Positions 37,261 through 51,769 of a stretch of 64,000 nucleotides of DNA are shown piece after piece. The notes under the pieces were generated by a model that worked only from the letters and a program-made list of their open reading frames with translations, did no database searches and was not told the origin of the DNA. The DNA is from Selaginella moellendorffii. Lineage: Eukaryota; Plantae; Lycopodiophyta. The DNA is taken from NCBI RefSeq assembly GCF_000143415.4, contig NW_003314349.1, forward strand, positions 195,172 to 259,171. The letters are read 5' to 3'. Within the stretch, counting starts at the first letter, position 1; every line of letters starts with the position of its first letter. The position numbers and the translations under genes are program-made.

Positions 37261-39326
37261 CTAGAATCGAAAGGTAACGAGCTCGGGATCAATGCCGGCG
37301 GGCGCCGTGCTGCCCTGGCCTGGATCGTGAGCCAGTTGCTTGACAATCGCCATAGCGGTACCCAGGTAATCTTTGTGCTGCTGGAGCAGCGGGAGTTTGG
37401 TCCATTCCTTGTGTAATGTTGCCTTGGCGGTGGTGTTGATGCTGTTCTTCTCCTCGTATTTCCAGTTCCCAGTCTGCCACTCGAATTCGTAGAGGGGGAG
37501 AAAGCGCTGGCCATAGTCCGCCACGAACTCTATGGCGCACAGCAAGAAATGGAACTCTTCCATGGAGAGGAAGTATGCGAAGTTCAAGCGCGTCCATCCA
37601 GGTTTGACACCGCTATATCCCTGTGAGAGAAAAAAAAGTTCTTTCCTCGTTAGAAAAACCTCCTTGGTGAAAACTTCTATTGTTTTGCTTCTCAACCTCT
37701 TGAATTGCTGCTCGAAATTTCAGGGAGAGCTCATCACTGACTTTGAGAAGCGAGTGGCCGTAAGGACCAGCACACGAGCACCCTCCTCTCGACTGGATCC
37801 CAAACAAATCGTTGAGGAGCTTGGCTACAAACCGGCCTTGCAGCACGGTTTGCTGGATTCCACCGTTGGAATCAGTGGTCCGGACGAGGAACGAGACGAT
37901 TGCTGCTCGTTTCACTTGCGTGTTCCCGAGCACCACTATCTTTCGGTTCTTGGACAACCGTTTCAACGCGGTGGTGATGAAGTTGTGCTCTCTCGACTCG
38001 ATGAGACGGTATCCCATTTCTTCTTGGACAGTGAAGACAATCCCGGCTTTTATCCGCTGGAGTATGGAAGGTGTTCCAGCGTCTTCTCGGCTTTCAATGT
38101 CCTCCAGGTAGAGCGTGTCCTGGTATGAGTTTGTTTAGTGTTGGTTTACTTTTTTCTTTCACTGGAAAGGGAACTGACCTCTTTGTTGTAGTTGACGAAG
38201 TCTACCACTCCTCCGCCTGTTGTCGACGGTGCGTGATCCTTGAGCTTGTAGAGCTTTTTGTTCATGCAAAGCAGGCCTGGCGTTCCTGGCCCTCCGACAT
38301 ACTTGTGTGGACTCAGCATCACAGCATCGTATCCATCAGCCTTTTGCGATTGCATGTTGATCTTCACATATGGACCGCTGTTGATCAGATTCGGCAAGTA
38401 AGCTTCTTTTCGTCCTTGGTAAAAGATCTCGTCTTACCAGCTTGCGAAATCAAAACATGCTAATGCTCCATGTTTGTGTAGAAGGCGAGCGATGGCTCTA
38501 GTGTCCACTAAAACTCCCGTGACATTACTGCAAGCGGAGAAGGAACCCAGCTTTGGACGATCTGCGTGCTTGGGATTTTGTAGCTCCTCTTCGAGGTACT
38601 TCATGTCAATCAATCCATCCTCGGTCATTGGAACTTGAATAACCTGTGGTTTAAACAGCTGACAGATTGAAAGAAACGAAAAAGTCCAACCTCGGCAAGA
38701 CTTTGGCTCCAGGGAAGAATGTTGGAATGATGTTCGTATGGGCCTATGAACACCAGCCATCTCTTCCTGTCATCGATCGCTGCCACGGCTGACTCTCTTA
38801 TTTGGGGCGGCACAGACAAGCCCAAAAGTTCGTGGAGCTTTTTCACAGCTGCAGTGGTTCCAGAGCCGCAGAAAAAGAGAGCATCATCCTCGGTTCCTCC
38901 CAGGGACTCCTTGACATAACTCGTGGCCAGTTTCACCATCCGGGTGGTCTTCTCTCCAACGTAGCTGTCCTCGGCATGCGTGTTCCCTGAAACAGAATGC
39001 AGCGGGTCCAGATGTGCAGAAGAGAATTCACGGCTTCACTCACCGTAGGACGGCATGACGTGCTTGATGAGGAAGTTTTCAATATAGAACAAGCAGCGGC
39101 CAGAGGCAGTGTAATCGGCATAAGTGAGAAGCCTGCTGCCGAATGGTGTGGAGATTTGGAGCTGGGAGCCAATGATCTGGGATCTGAGCCAAACACACTT
39201 TTGCTCATCGTCAGAGGGGCTGAAGAACTTGAAAGGATTGGGCTTGAAGTTTGGCTGCCAATCCTCCTCGATGCTGGGAGTTATGTTGCTGATCTTGGAA
39301 GCCAACTTTGAAGCAAAGCACTTCAT
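37261..39326 (-). CDS. Class-V PLP cysteine-desulfurase-like enzyme, copy C
   Basis: Same motifs and exon structure as copy B; no lesions seen. Confidence 0.88.
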
Positions 39327-40589
39327 TGTCTTATTGGTGAGCACTCTCCTGATATGTTCACTACTTATAATTTGTAGTGAATTTTGTGGTAGCAAGATCT
39401 CACTACCCGTAGTATTTGTATAGTTTGGTTGTCAAGCTTAACAAATTCTAAGGGATTTGTCACCTGAGTGGGCTTGATTATGAAGTCTTAGTCTTTTGTT
39501 GATCTTGTAGATATTTGAAGGTACTATTCAAAATTAAGGATGTTATATCCTAAGATTTTTAACTAATTGGAAAAAAAGTGCATTTTTATTTATAAGCACT
39601 TCCTTTTTATATTTGAACATTGTCTCTCAAGTCGTTTTCTTTAGTTATTTACAACTACCATGCTTCCTTATAGGCTTTCTCGTGAACGGAAGTTTAGAGT
39701 CATAGCTCTTTCAAGAGCCCCACTCTCTTGACACCTCGGGTCAAACTCACATTGGGGTAAACTAGACCTGAATCTCAACATGTAGTGTGATAAGTCTAAA
39801 TATCAATCTCAATATTGATTGAAAAAGAAAGGTGCACTCTTATTCATGGGCTTTTCTTTGTATATTTGAACCCTTATAGATTGTTTTTTAAGTCGTTCTC
39901 TTTGGTTGTTTATAATCCACCATGCTTCTTTGTAAACTTCCTCATAAACGAAAGTCAAGAGTTGTAGCTCTCCCAAGAGGCTTGCCCTCTTGACACCCTA
40001 CTCCTCAAGTCGAGTCCATTCGAAGGTAAACTGGACCAAACTTCCTTGTAAGCTTCCTCATGAATGGAAGTCAAGAGTTGTAACTTTCCTAAGAGGTTTG
40101 TTTTCTTGATACCCTACCCCACGATGGCAGAAGGTCAGTATTGTTGGACCCGTTATTAGTCTCTGCCTAAGCTAGTTGAGAAACTGGTCATCACATGTGC
40201 AGTTAGACCGGAAGGGCACTAAGGAAGGAAATCCTAAGTTGTCATTTACTCAAGCAAACTTGACACGGTGATGAGAAACTCATGATGTTGGCTGGCACTT
40301 GCTAGAGTTAGAAACCCCCGCGATATTGAGCTTGGTCCCTCAATATCGCTAGATGATAGTTTACCGTGTCTACCAAACACCCTCGCTATCATGCCCTTAG
40401 CATTAGTCTCATTTCGGTCCAAAATGCTATTTATGGAAAGTATCCAGATTTGCTCATTTGGCATATCTACAGAATGTAGAGATCGTCCTGAACACAATGG
40501 TGTTCGTCCCATGTCCAAATTCGCAATTTAAGGACATTCCATATTTAATAAGTTTCAAGCTTGTCCCAGAGACTAACTCATGATACTAA

Positions 40590-41108
40590 GGGAGGCTTGG
40601 GGTGAAACCTCAAAGCATGTGTTCCTCAAGGGGGGGGGCTGTAAGGGGTTCCAAATGTATAGTAGGGATAGTGGGTAGGTCGGGCATGGCCGACCAACCT
40701 GAGGCATAGTCTAGCTCCCGCTTGCGTGCCTGTCCTTGTTCTGCGTCCGGCTTGGGTCTAAGCCCAAGTTCCATTCCATGCTAGTTGGTGGAGTACCCAT
40801 ATCTTCACGTTAGACCACCGGTATGCCGAAATAGCGCCAGACTCCGTTTGGCTCCATTTGCTCCTTGGGCTTTATGCTCGGGAGTTGCTCCGTGGTACGG
40901 TTTCGTCACTCCATGGCATCATGCTTGGGAGTTTGGCACCGTTCCTTCGTTCAGTGGCCCAAGGCACTGAACCTCGGGTTCCTATGGACACGTGGCATGT
41001 GACACGTGGCATCTGTCACGTGGCACAAAAAGGGTTTAGGTTCTGCTTCGTGGTGTTATTCTATGGTAAATCACCATAGGATAAAGGGTCAAAACCACGT
41101 GTGCTACA
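40590..41108 (+). mobile_element. PPT + LTR, duplicate of 32224-32746
   Basis: Poly-G, then TGT(40640)..ACA(41108). Confidence 0.7.
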
Positions 41109-42296
41109 ACTATTCAAAATTAAGGATGTTATATCCTAAGACTTTTAACTAATTGGAAAAAAAGTGCATTTTTATTCATAAGCACTTCCTTTTTATATTT
41201 GAACATTGTCTCTCAAGTCGTTTTCTTTAGTTATTTACAACTACCATGCTTCCTTATAGGCTTTCTCGTGAACGGAAGTTGAGAGTCATAGCTCTTTCAA
41301 GAGCCCCACTCTCTTGACACCTCGGGTCAAACTCACGTTGGGGTAAACTAGACATGAATCTCAACATGTAGTGTGATAAGTCTAAATATCAATCTCAATA
41401 TTGATTGGAAAAGAAAGGTGCACTCTTATTCATGGGCTTTTCTTTGTATATTTGAACCTTTATAGATTGTTTTTTAAGTCGTTCTCTTTGGTTGTTTATA
41501 ATCCACCATGCTTCTTTGTAAACTTCCTCATAAACGAAAGTCAAGAGTTGTAGCTCTCCCAAGAGGCTTGCCCTCTTGACACCCTACTCCTCAAGTCGAG
41601 TCCATTCGAAGGTAAACTGGACCAAACTTCCTTGTAAGCTTCCTCATGAATGGAAGTCAAGAGTTGTAACTTTCCTAAGAGGTTTGTTTTCTTGATACCC
41701 TACCCCACGATGGCAGAAGGTCAGTATTGTTGGACCCGTTATTAGTCTCTGCCTAAGCTAGTTGAGAAACTGGTCATCACATGTGCACTTAGACCGGAAG
41801 GGCACTAAGGAAGGAAATCCTAAGTTGTCATTTAGTCAAACAGACTTGACACGGTGATGAGAAACTCATGATGTTGGCTGGCACTTGCTAGAGTTAGGAA
41901 CCCCTGCGATATTGAGCTTGGTCCCTCAATATCGCTAGATGATAGTTTACCGTGTCTACCAAACACCCTCGCTATCATGCCCTTAGCGTTAGTTTCATTT
42001 CGGTCCAAAATGCTATTTATGGAAAGTATCCAGATTTGCTCATTTGGCATATTTACGGAATGTAAAGATCGTCCTGAACACAATGGTGTTCATCCCATGT
42101 CCAAATTCGCAATTTAGGAACATTCCATATTTAATAAATTTCAAGTTTGTCCCAGAGACTAACTCTTGATACTAAAGGTCACTGAAAGACTTGTTGACTT
42201 TGGAGATGGGTTGCATAAAGTATATATATCCCACCACACAAACTTTTGTTTGAATTGATGCGAAACGAATATACTAGTACATAGCGCTCAAGAACC

Positions 42297-44355
42297 CTAG
42301 AATCGGACGGTAGCGAGCTCGGGATCAATGCCGGCGGGCGCCCTGCTGCCCTGCCCTGGATCGTGAGCCAGTTGCTTGGCAATCGCCATAGCGGTACCCA
42401 GGTAATCTTTGTGCTGCTGGAGCAGTGGGAGTTTGGTCCATTCCTTGTGTAATGTGGCCTTGGCGGTGGTGTTGATGCTGTTCTTCTCTTCGTATTTCCA
42501 GTTCCCAGTCTGCCACTCGAATTCGTAGTGGGGGAGAAAGCGTTGGCCATAGTCCGCCACGAACTCTATGGCGCACAGCAAGAAATGGAACTCTTCCTTG
42601 GAGAGGAAGTATGCGAAGTTCAAGCGCGTCCATCCAGGTTTGACACCGCTATATCCCTGTGAGAAAAAAAAAAAAGTGTTAGAAAAAGCTCCTTGGCGAA
42701 AACTTCTATTGTTTTGCTTCTCAACCTCTTGAATTGCTGCTCGAAATTTCAGGGAGAGCTCATCACTGACTTTGAGAAGCGAGTGGCCGTAAGGACCGGC
42801 ACACGAGCACCCTCCTCTCGACTGGATCCCAAACAAATCGTTGAGGAGCTTGGCTACAAACCGGCCTTGCAGCACGGTTTGCTGGATTTCACCGTTGGAA
42901 TCAGTGGTCCGGACGAGGAACGAGACGATTGCTGCTCGTTTCACTTGCGTGTTCCCAAGCACCACTATCTTTCGGTTCTTGGACAACCTTTTCAACGCGG
43001 TGGTGATGAAGTTGTGCTCTCTCGACTCGATGAGACGGTATCCCATTTCTTCTTGGACAGTGAAGACAATCCCGGCTTTTATCCGCTGGAGTATGGAAGG
43101 TGTTCCAGCGTCTTCTCGGCTTTCAATGTCCTCCAGGTAGAGCGTGTCCTGGTATGAGTTTGTTTAGTGTTGGTTTTCTTTTTTCTTTCGCTGGAAAGGG
43201 AACTGACCTCTTTGTTGTAGTTGACGAAGTCTACCACTCCTCCGCCTGTTGTCGACGGTGCGTGATCCTTGAGCTTGTAGAGCTTTTTGTTCATGCAAAG
43301 CAGGCCCGGCGTTCCTGGCCCTCCGACATACTTGTGTGGACTCAGCATCACAGCATCGTATCCATCAGCTTTTCGCGATCGCATGTTGATCTTCACATAT
43401 GGACCACTGTTGATCAGATTCGGCAAGTAAGCTTCGTTTCGTCCTTGGTAAAAGATCTCGTCTTACCAGCTGGCGAAATCAAAACATGCTAATGCTCCAT
43501 GTTTGTGTAGAAGGCGAGCGATGGCTCTAGTGTCCGCTAAAACTCCCGTGACATTACTGCAAGCGGAGAAGGAGCCAAGCATTGGACGATCTGCGTGCTT
43601 GGGATTTTGCAGCTCCTCTTCGAGGTACTTCATGTCAATCAATCCATCCTCGGTCATTGGAACTTGAATAACCTGTGGTTTAAACAGTTGACAGATTGAA
43701 AGAAACGAAAAAGCCCAACCTCGGCAAGACTTTGCCTCCAGGGAAGAAGGTTGGAATGATGCTCGTATGGGCCTATGAACACCAGCCATCTCTTCCTGTC
43801 ATCGATCGCTGCCACGGCTGACTCTCTCATGTGGGGCGGCACAGACAAGCCCAAAAGTTCGTGGAGCTTTTTCACAGCTGCAGTGGTTCCAGAGCCGCAG
43901 AAAAAGAGAGCATCATCCTCGGTTCCTCCCAGGGACTCCTTGACATAACTCGTGGCCAGTTTCACCATCCGGGTGGTCTTCTCTCCAACGTAGCTGTCCT
44001 CGGCATGCGTGTTCCCTGAAACAGAATGCAGCGGGTCCAGATATGCAGAAGAGAATTCACGGCTTCACTCACCGTAGGACGGCATGACGTGCTTGATGAG
44101 GAAGTTTTCTATATAGAACAAGCAGCGGCCAGAGGCAGTGTAATCGGCATAAGTGAGAAGCCTGCTGCCGAATGGTGTGGAGATTTGGAGCTGGGAGCCG
44201 ATGATCTGGGATCTGAGCCAGACACACTTTTGCTCATCGTCAAAGGGCCTGAAGAACTTGAAAGGATTGGGCTTGAAGTCTGGCTGCCAATTCTCCTCGA
44301 TGCTGGGAGTTACCTCGCCGACCTTGGAAGCCGACTTTGGAGCAAAGCACCTCAT
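42297..44355 (-). CDS. Class-V PLP cysteine-desulfurase-like enzyme, copy D
   Basis: MRCFAPK.. N-terminus. All motifs (SPHK, RGGCSCA) and six exons intact. Confidence 0.88.
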
Positions 44356-46638
44356 CGTCTTACCAGTGAGCCTCTCCTACTTTGCTTGTGATACGTTCGC
44401 TAGTAAGACATCGTTTGCAAACTTACCTTGTTCTTAACACTCCATCTCCTCTTCAGCCATCACAAATATCCTGTTTTAGTGCACGAAAATGTTGCCCAGT
44501 GGATTTTTGTCCTATTTGTCCAGATCACTTTAGGAGAAACATGGTCAGTTACGATGCTGGGAGTTACATTGCTGACCTTGGAAGTCGACTTTGAAGCAAA
44601 TCACTTCATTGTCTTATTGGTGAGCACTCTTTTGATACGATCTGTATTTATAATTTATAATGAATTTTGTGGTAGCAGGATTTTACTATCTGTAGTATTT
44701 GTACTTCATTTTACTATTAATTACTATAAGTTAATATATTTGTATGCTTCAATTAGTTTTATTGTCTATAAATATGGTAAAGATGGTTTGTTTTGTCAAG
44801 CTTGATAAATTCTAAAGGACTTATCACCTAAGTGGGCTTGATTATGAAGTCTTAGTCTTTTGTTGACCTTAGAGATATTTGAAGGTACTATTCAAATTTA
44901 AGGATGTTATATCCCAAGATTTTTATTCTTATTCATAGGCTTTTTTTTTATATATATTTGAACATTTATGGATTATCTCTCAAATCATTTACTTTAGTTG
45001 TTTGCAACCATTATGCTTCCTTATGAACAAAAGTTGAGAGTCATAACTTTCTCTCGAGCCCCTATAATGCACCCTATCTCTCTTCCCTTAAGCCAACTGC
45101 AAAAGGGGCAATTGTTTGATGAGAGAGCCCTTAGTGGCTATTTTATCCCCATTTATCCCCTAAGGTTCCAAGGATCATGGTGACAATATATTTAAATCTC
45201 ATCCTATGATCACATGTGCTATAGCCCCACTCTCTTGCCACCTTAATTCTCAGGTCAAACTCATAATGTGACAAGTTCAAATATCAATCTTAACATCAAT
45301 TGAAAAAAAAAAGGTGCACTTTTATTTGTGGGCCCTTTCCCTTTATATTTGAACTTTTATGGATTGTCTTTTATGTCATTTTTTTTTGTTGTTTATAATC
45401 TATGATACTTCCTTGTAAGCTTCCTCATTAATGGAAGTTAAAAGCTATAACTCTCTCGAGAAGTCTGCTCTCTTGACACCTTATTCCTCAAGTCGAGCCC
45501 ATCCAAAGGTAAATTGAACTAGACTTCTTTGTAAACTTCCTCATGAATAGAAGTCAAGAGTTGTAACTTTCTTAAAAGATTTGCTCTCTTGACACTTTAC
45601 CCCTTGGGTTGAGCCCACTTAGAGGCAAATTAAACCTACCAAATGTTAATTTTAACATGTAATATGATTTTCTTAGTTTCCCGAAAAATCACCCATCCTA
45701 ACACTATTCAAACTAGGATGTTTAACACAAATATTTTAAGACCCTTAATCAATTGAAAAACAAAATGCAATGAACCATTTCCCTTTATATTTAAATCATT
45801 ATGAATCATCTCTAAAGTTTTATTCTCTTTGGTTACTTACAAAAACAAGATGTTATAAAACATCTTTTGCAAACTTACCTTGTTTTTAACAAAATGGTTG
45901 CCTAAAATGCACTCTAAGTTCCCTTTAACCATCACAAATATCCTACTTTAGTGCACCATGTGAGGAAAATGTCTTCACAAGTGCTTAGTGGATTATGTCT
46001 TATTTTTCCAGTTCACTTTAGGAGAAATATACTCAAGGAAACAACATGTTTTGTCAAGCTTGACAAATTTGAAGGGACCCACCACCTACACATCCAGTGC
46101 ACTTGTAAACACCAATCAACATCCACATCGAGATCGGTGGGATCAAAAACAAGGTTGTCCATTGAGTAGGCTTTCCACTGCTGCCAGTTGGAGATATCCT
46201 GATGCACTTGGTGCATATAATTGGCCTCACAGTGTTGTGCGCCAACTTGCCTCTAACGTGATCATCGACACCGGCCTGTTATAGTTATCAGTCAGAACTA
46301 TAGGACCTGCTGGAGTCATTCTTGATTATGAAGCCCTTGTCTTTTGTTGACCCTTAGAGATATTTGAGGTGGGAAGAACTTCATGGGGAGTTACCTTTGG
46401 GAAAGACAAGATATGTCTAGGGAGTGGTCCTTGGAATGCCAAATTTCCTGAGAAGATGACACTTGAGAGTTTCAAGAATTTCTAGACTTCTGGACAGACT
46501 TTGAATGGGAACAACACAAGAAAGAAATTAAACAATAATTTACAATATTAATCTCCTACGAGTCTAAGATCTTACTGTGTTACAGTAGCTGAAAGTCCAA
46601 GTCCAACTTGGAGAGCTATAAATCTTACCCAAGTTTTC

Positions 46639-49105
46639 ATGAGAAAGGAGAACAGATATATTATTATGGATGTCGCATGGAAGGATTTGAGTGTGAGCGC
46701 GAGAAATGGACGAGTGTTGCTGGAGACTATGTGTGGCTATGCCCAGAGCGGCCAAATCACGGCGATCATGGGTCCTTCGGGATCCGGAAAGTCCACCTTG
46801 CTCGATGCGCTTGCTGGTATAGTTTTCCAAGATTGATTTGGGTTGGGCAATAGATTAAAGCTCGAGATTCTTGCATTGTCGTTCATCACAGGTAGATTGG
46901 CCAAGAACGCGAGGCGAGAAGGATCCATTTTTGTGAATGGGAATCTCCAGACGAACATGAGGCATGGGACTGCGGTGTGTATATAAACATTTGATTCTGT
47001 GATTCTCAAACTTTCTGTCATAGGCCTATGTGAAACAAGAAGATGTTTTGCTAGGAACACTCACTGTCTTAGAGACAATCACTTACTCTGCTCAATTGAG
47101 GCTGCCTCACTCACTGCCGCAAAGCCAAAAGATGGAGATGGTTGAGAGTGTGATCACTGAGATGGGGCTTGGAGATTGCAAGCATACAGTGGTGGGAGGT
47201 TGGTTCTCGCATGGATTGAGCGGAGGGGAGAAACGAAGAGTGAGCATTGCTTTGGAGATTCTAACTCAGCCATCTCTTTTGTTCATGGACGAACCAACCA
47301 GTGGTTTAGACAGGTGAATATTTATATGATTTTTAAGTCCGGTTTATTGTAATTTTTATTTGATGTTTTCTTTGCAGTGCATCTGCGTTTTATGTGATTA
47401 AAACAATTAAGAACCTAGCTACTTCAAAACGCACTGTTATTATGTCAATTCACCAGCCAAGCAGCGAAGTGTTTGAGCAGTTTGATAATCTTTGCCTACT
47501 ATCTCAGGGAGCACTTGTATATTTTGGAGATGCCATGGAAGCTAGCACGGTACTTTTCTCAAATTTGATATTCTTTATGTTTTATATTTTATTTTAGTTC
47601 TTCGAGAGTGCTGGATTTCCTTGTCCTCTCCGAAGAAATCCATCAGACCACTATCTTAGAGTTATTAATTCTGATTTTGACAATGTTCAAAACAAGTTTA
47701 AGGTATTAATTTGTACTATTTTCTGGAGATTTTTTTTCTTAATATTCATCTCAATTTGAACAGGAAGATATTGAAACTCAAGAAAAAGTTCCAGCTTCTG
47801 AAGCAATCAAAGTGCTTACAAATGCATTTCAGAATTTGCATTTGAGATCCCTCCACACAAAAGTTGACATTCTTTGTGTGACTAAGGTGAACCTTCTAGA
47901 CAGTTTGTGTGACACACCTGGTGCAAAGGTAAATGACTTGAATTTTTAAAACATTATGATTATTAATGGATTACTATTTATAGAATGAATGCATCCAGAT
48001 GCCTCAAGCAGGAGTTCTCCATCAGCTTTCCACGTTAACTAAAAGATCATTTATAAATATGACAAGAGATATTGGATACTATTGGCTGAGAATCTTTGTG
48101 TACTTTATGCTTAGCATCGTTATTGGCAGTATATATTTTAATGTTGGCACTAAATACAACTCCATTGCAGTAAGAGAATACCAAAAAATATTCCTAACCA
48201 TGGTTAAGCTCGTTTGTTTTTTTTAAGGCAAGGATTGGCTGTATGGCTTTTATTGGTAAATTTCTTACATTTATGTCAATTGGAGGTTTTCCATCTTTCA
48301 TTGAAGAGATTAAGGTATGGGATAGTTCTGAATTGTCTTGTTTTCATATCCAGTGATATTTTCTTCAGGTTTTTAATCATGAGAAACAAAATGGTTACTA
48401 TGGTCCCATTGTGTTTACTCTCACAAACACACTCTCTTCCATTCCTTATCTCCTTCTTATTTCATTGATATCAACAAGTGTATTTTATAATATGGTTAAA
48501 CTCCACCCAGGCTTTGATCACTTCATATTTTTTATGTTGAACTTATTTGCATCTGTGACCATCGTGGAGAGCTTGATGATGTGTGTAGCATCAATTGTTC
48601 CCAATTTTCTCATGGGAATAATTACAGGATCTGGAATCTTGGTAAATCTCTTTATATTTCTTAAACCGTTTCTAATGTGATTTTTCAGGGGTTATTCATG
48701 CTTGTTGACGGATTTTTTAAACTTGCTAATGAACTGCCAAAAGGCTTTTGGAAATATCCAATGCATTATATAGCATTTCAAACATATTTACTTCAGGTAA
48801 AACAAATATTATTTATTTTCTTGAAATTAAAAAAACTATAATAGGGTCTTTATGAAAATGATTTTCAAGGGCTTGAGTTTGATAATAATGATATATCTGA
48901 AGGAAAGCTATCAGGAACAACAATTCTTAAACAGTATCAAGTAGATCTCTCAAGATCTAAATGGTTGAACTTTATAATCCTGTTAAGCATGATTTTGGTT
49001 TATCGAGCAATTTTTATTACTATCATCAAACTCACTCAGCTCATAGATGGGAAAACTCTGATGTTTAAAATTAATAGTAAGACCTTTAAGAAAATAAATG
49101 CTTAA
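46639..49105 (+). CDS. ABCG half-transporter copy 2
   Basis: Same exon structure and motifs as copy 1; frame appears intact. Confidence 0.88.
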
Positions 49106-49389
49106 AATTAAAAGTATGGCTTCATGAGCTTGTCATTCACGTTTCACTTGTCATATTTATAAATGATCTTCTGGCATCTAGTAAGTGTCACCCAAATTGT
49201 CTTCAACCTTCATATAACTTTTGTGTGGAGCAGAATTCAAATGCAAACTGAGAACTAGAACACAATATGCTTTTGTAAGAAATGCATTTGTAAGCGCTTT
49301 GATTGCTTCGTAATTATCTTTTGAGTTAGCCAAATGCCTTAGTCATGTAATTAGTGACACCCATGAATGGGATTCCCACTGATTCTCTG

Positions 49390-49810
49390 CACAGAAAATA
49401 ATCAAATAAATCAGACATAATAATTACTTCTCTAAACCACTAAAAGATGACTGCGTTTGGGTGTCCAAAGCAATGCTCAGTCTTCATTTCTTCCCTCTAC
49501 TCAATCCATGCGAGAACCACTGTCTCCAAGCCCCATCTCACTGTCAACCATCTCCTCTTTTGGCTGCGTGGTAGGCTGCCTCAAATAAGCAGAGTAAGTG
49601 ATTGTCTCCAGAACAGTGAGCTTTTCCAGCAAAACATGCTCTTGATTTACATAAGCATCTGATAGAAAGCTTCAGAATCACTAAATCAAATGTTTATACA
49701 CACCGCAGTTCCATGCCTCATGTTTGTCTGGAAATTCCCATTGGATCCTTCTCGCCTACCTATGATGAACGACAATGCAAGAATCTTAGTCTCAAACACA
49801 TGATCAATCT
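49390..49810 (-). pseudogene. Inverted, decayed ABCG relic (exons 2-3)
   Basis: Reverse complement matches ABCG intron 1, exon 2, intron 2 and exon 3. Confidence 0.75.
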
Positions 49811-49964
49811 TTAGAAAACTCTATCAGAATGCACGTCGAGCAAGGTTTGACTTTCCCGAGCCTGGCTGGACCCTGATCTCAAGATTTAAAAGTCGACAAA
49901 ACTAGCAAGAGGCCAATTCTTTTCAAACTTTCTAAAGGTTTGTCCCATCCAGTCTTGCCGTGCT

Positions 49965-51472
49965 ATGGCTTCTCAAGGTACGTCGTCTCCAAAGATCCAT
50001 GTCCTCGCATTTCCCGTCCCAGGCCAGGGACACATCACTCCGATGATGCATCTCTGTAAAAAGATCGCCGCTCGAGATGGATTCACCGTCTCGTTCGTCA
50101 ATGTCGACAGCCTCCACGACGAGATGATCAAGCACTGGAGAGCTCCACCCAATACGGACCTCCGCCTCGTCTCAATCCCACTCTCCTGGAAGATCCCACA
50201 CGGCCTGGATGCTCACACTCTCACTCACTTGGGTGAGTTCTTCAAGACCACCACCGAGATGATCCCAGCTCTCGAGCATCTCGTCTCCAAACTCTCTCTC
50301 GAGATCTCGCCGGTCCGCTGCATCATCTCGGATTACTTCTTCTTCTGGACCCAGGACGTTGCTGATAAGTTCGGGATTCCAAGGATTGTTCTGTGGCCTG
50401 GATCCACTGCCTGGACCACGATTGAGTATCACATACCCGAGCTCATCGCCGGAGGCCATGTCTTTCCCAGCTTGACCGAAGGTAACTCCAATTTAAGTTT
50501 AAGTTCTGCCAATGGCAGTCACGTACGCCTCGAAACTTTGCAGCGAAGAAGCTTGTCGCGGATGAATCTGTAGTGGGCATTATCAAGGGACTGGGACCTC
50601 TTCATCAAGCCGACGTACCTCTTTACTTGCAAGCTGACGATCATCTCTGGGCGGAGTACTCCGTGCAGCGAGTCCCCTACATCCGCAAGGCCTCCTGCGT
50701 GCTCGTCAACTCCTTTTACGATCTGGAGCCGGAAGCTTCCGACTTCATGGCCGCCGAGCTCCGGAAAGGTGGCACGGAGTTTCTCTCTGTCGGTCCCATG
50801 TTTCTCCTGGACGAGCAGACCTCCGAGATCGGACCAACCAACGTGGTGCTCAGGAACGAGGACGGCGAGTGCCTGCGGTGGCTCGACAAGCAGGAAAAGG
50901 CTTCCGTTCTCTACATATCTTTTGGCAGCATCGCGGTCGTGACTGTCGAACAGTTTGAGGAGCTTGCGGTGGGACTGGAAGCAATCGGAAAGCCTTTCTT
51001 GTGGGTGTTACGGCCAGAACTTCTCATTGGAAATCCGGTAGAGAAGTATAAGGAATTCTGCGAACGTACCTCCAAGCAGGGATTTACTGTGTCCTGGGCA
51101 CCGCAGCTACGAGTTCTGAAACACCCCTCCATCGCTGCGCACCTCAGTCACTGCGGCTGGAACTCGGTGCTGGAAAGTATCAGCAATGGAGTGCCTCTCA
51201 TGTGTTGGCCTTGGGGAGCTGAGCAAAACACCAACGCAAAGCTGGTTATACACGACTGGAAGATTGGAGCTGGATTTGCAAGTGGGGCGAATGGACTGAT
51301 CGGCAGAGGCGACATCGAAAAGACGCTGCGGGAGGTGATGGATGGGGAAAGAGGGAAGCAGATGAAAGACACTGTTGAGGTGCTGAAGTGCAAGGCAAGG
51401 AAAGCTGTGGAGAGTGGTGGTCGATCCGCTGCGAGCTTGGATGATTTTCTTAAAGGCCTCAGCAGCCAGTGA
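49965..51472 (+). CDS. Family-1 UDP-glycosyltransferase copy 2, 2 exons
   Basis: Near-identical to copy 1. Intron 50482-50543; PSPG box ends in EQ. Confidence 0.93.
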
Positions 51473-51769
51473 TGCAATGATAAGTTATCACTGCAAGTGC
51501 TAGCGTGAGATGGCAAACATGTGAAAAACTTACATGCCGCGAATTTGTCAAGCTTGACAAACCATGAAGCGAATAAAATATTCGTCTACCTTGCAACCCC
51601 TTTGTTGACTGGAAAAAACAGGACCGAAATCCACCGTTGAATAGCACTGATCTCTTTCTCATCACATGTAAATGCCATGATCGATCGCGCCGTGTTTGAT
51701 CAGCCACGACAGAGCAGGATTCTTAGTGAAGGCTGAAAAGGAGCAGCAGGAATAGTGCCACAGCATTAA

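Larger units (their letters stand above)
27977..41705. repeat. Recent tandem segmental duplication, period about 8.36 kb (27977-33345 vs 36335-41705)
   Basis: Near-identical ORF sets offset by about 8357-8366 bp, for example 28904/37261 and 31880/40246. Confidence 0.9.
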
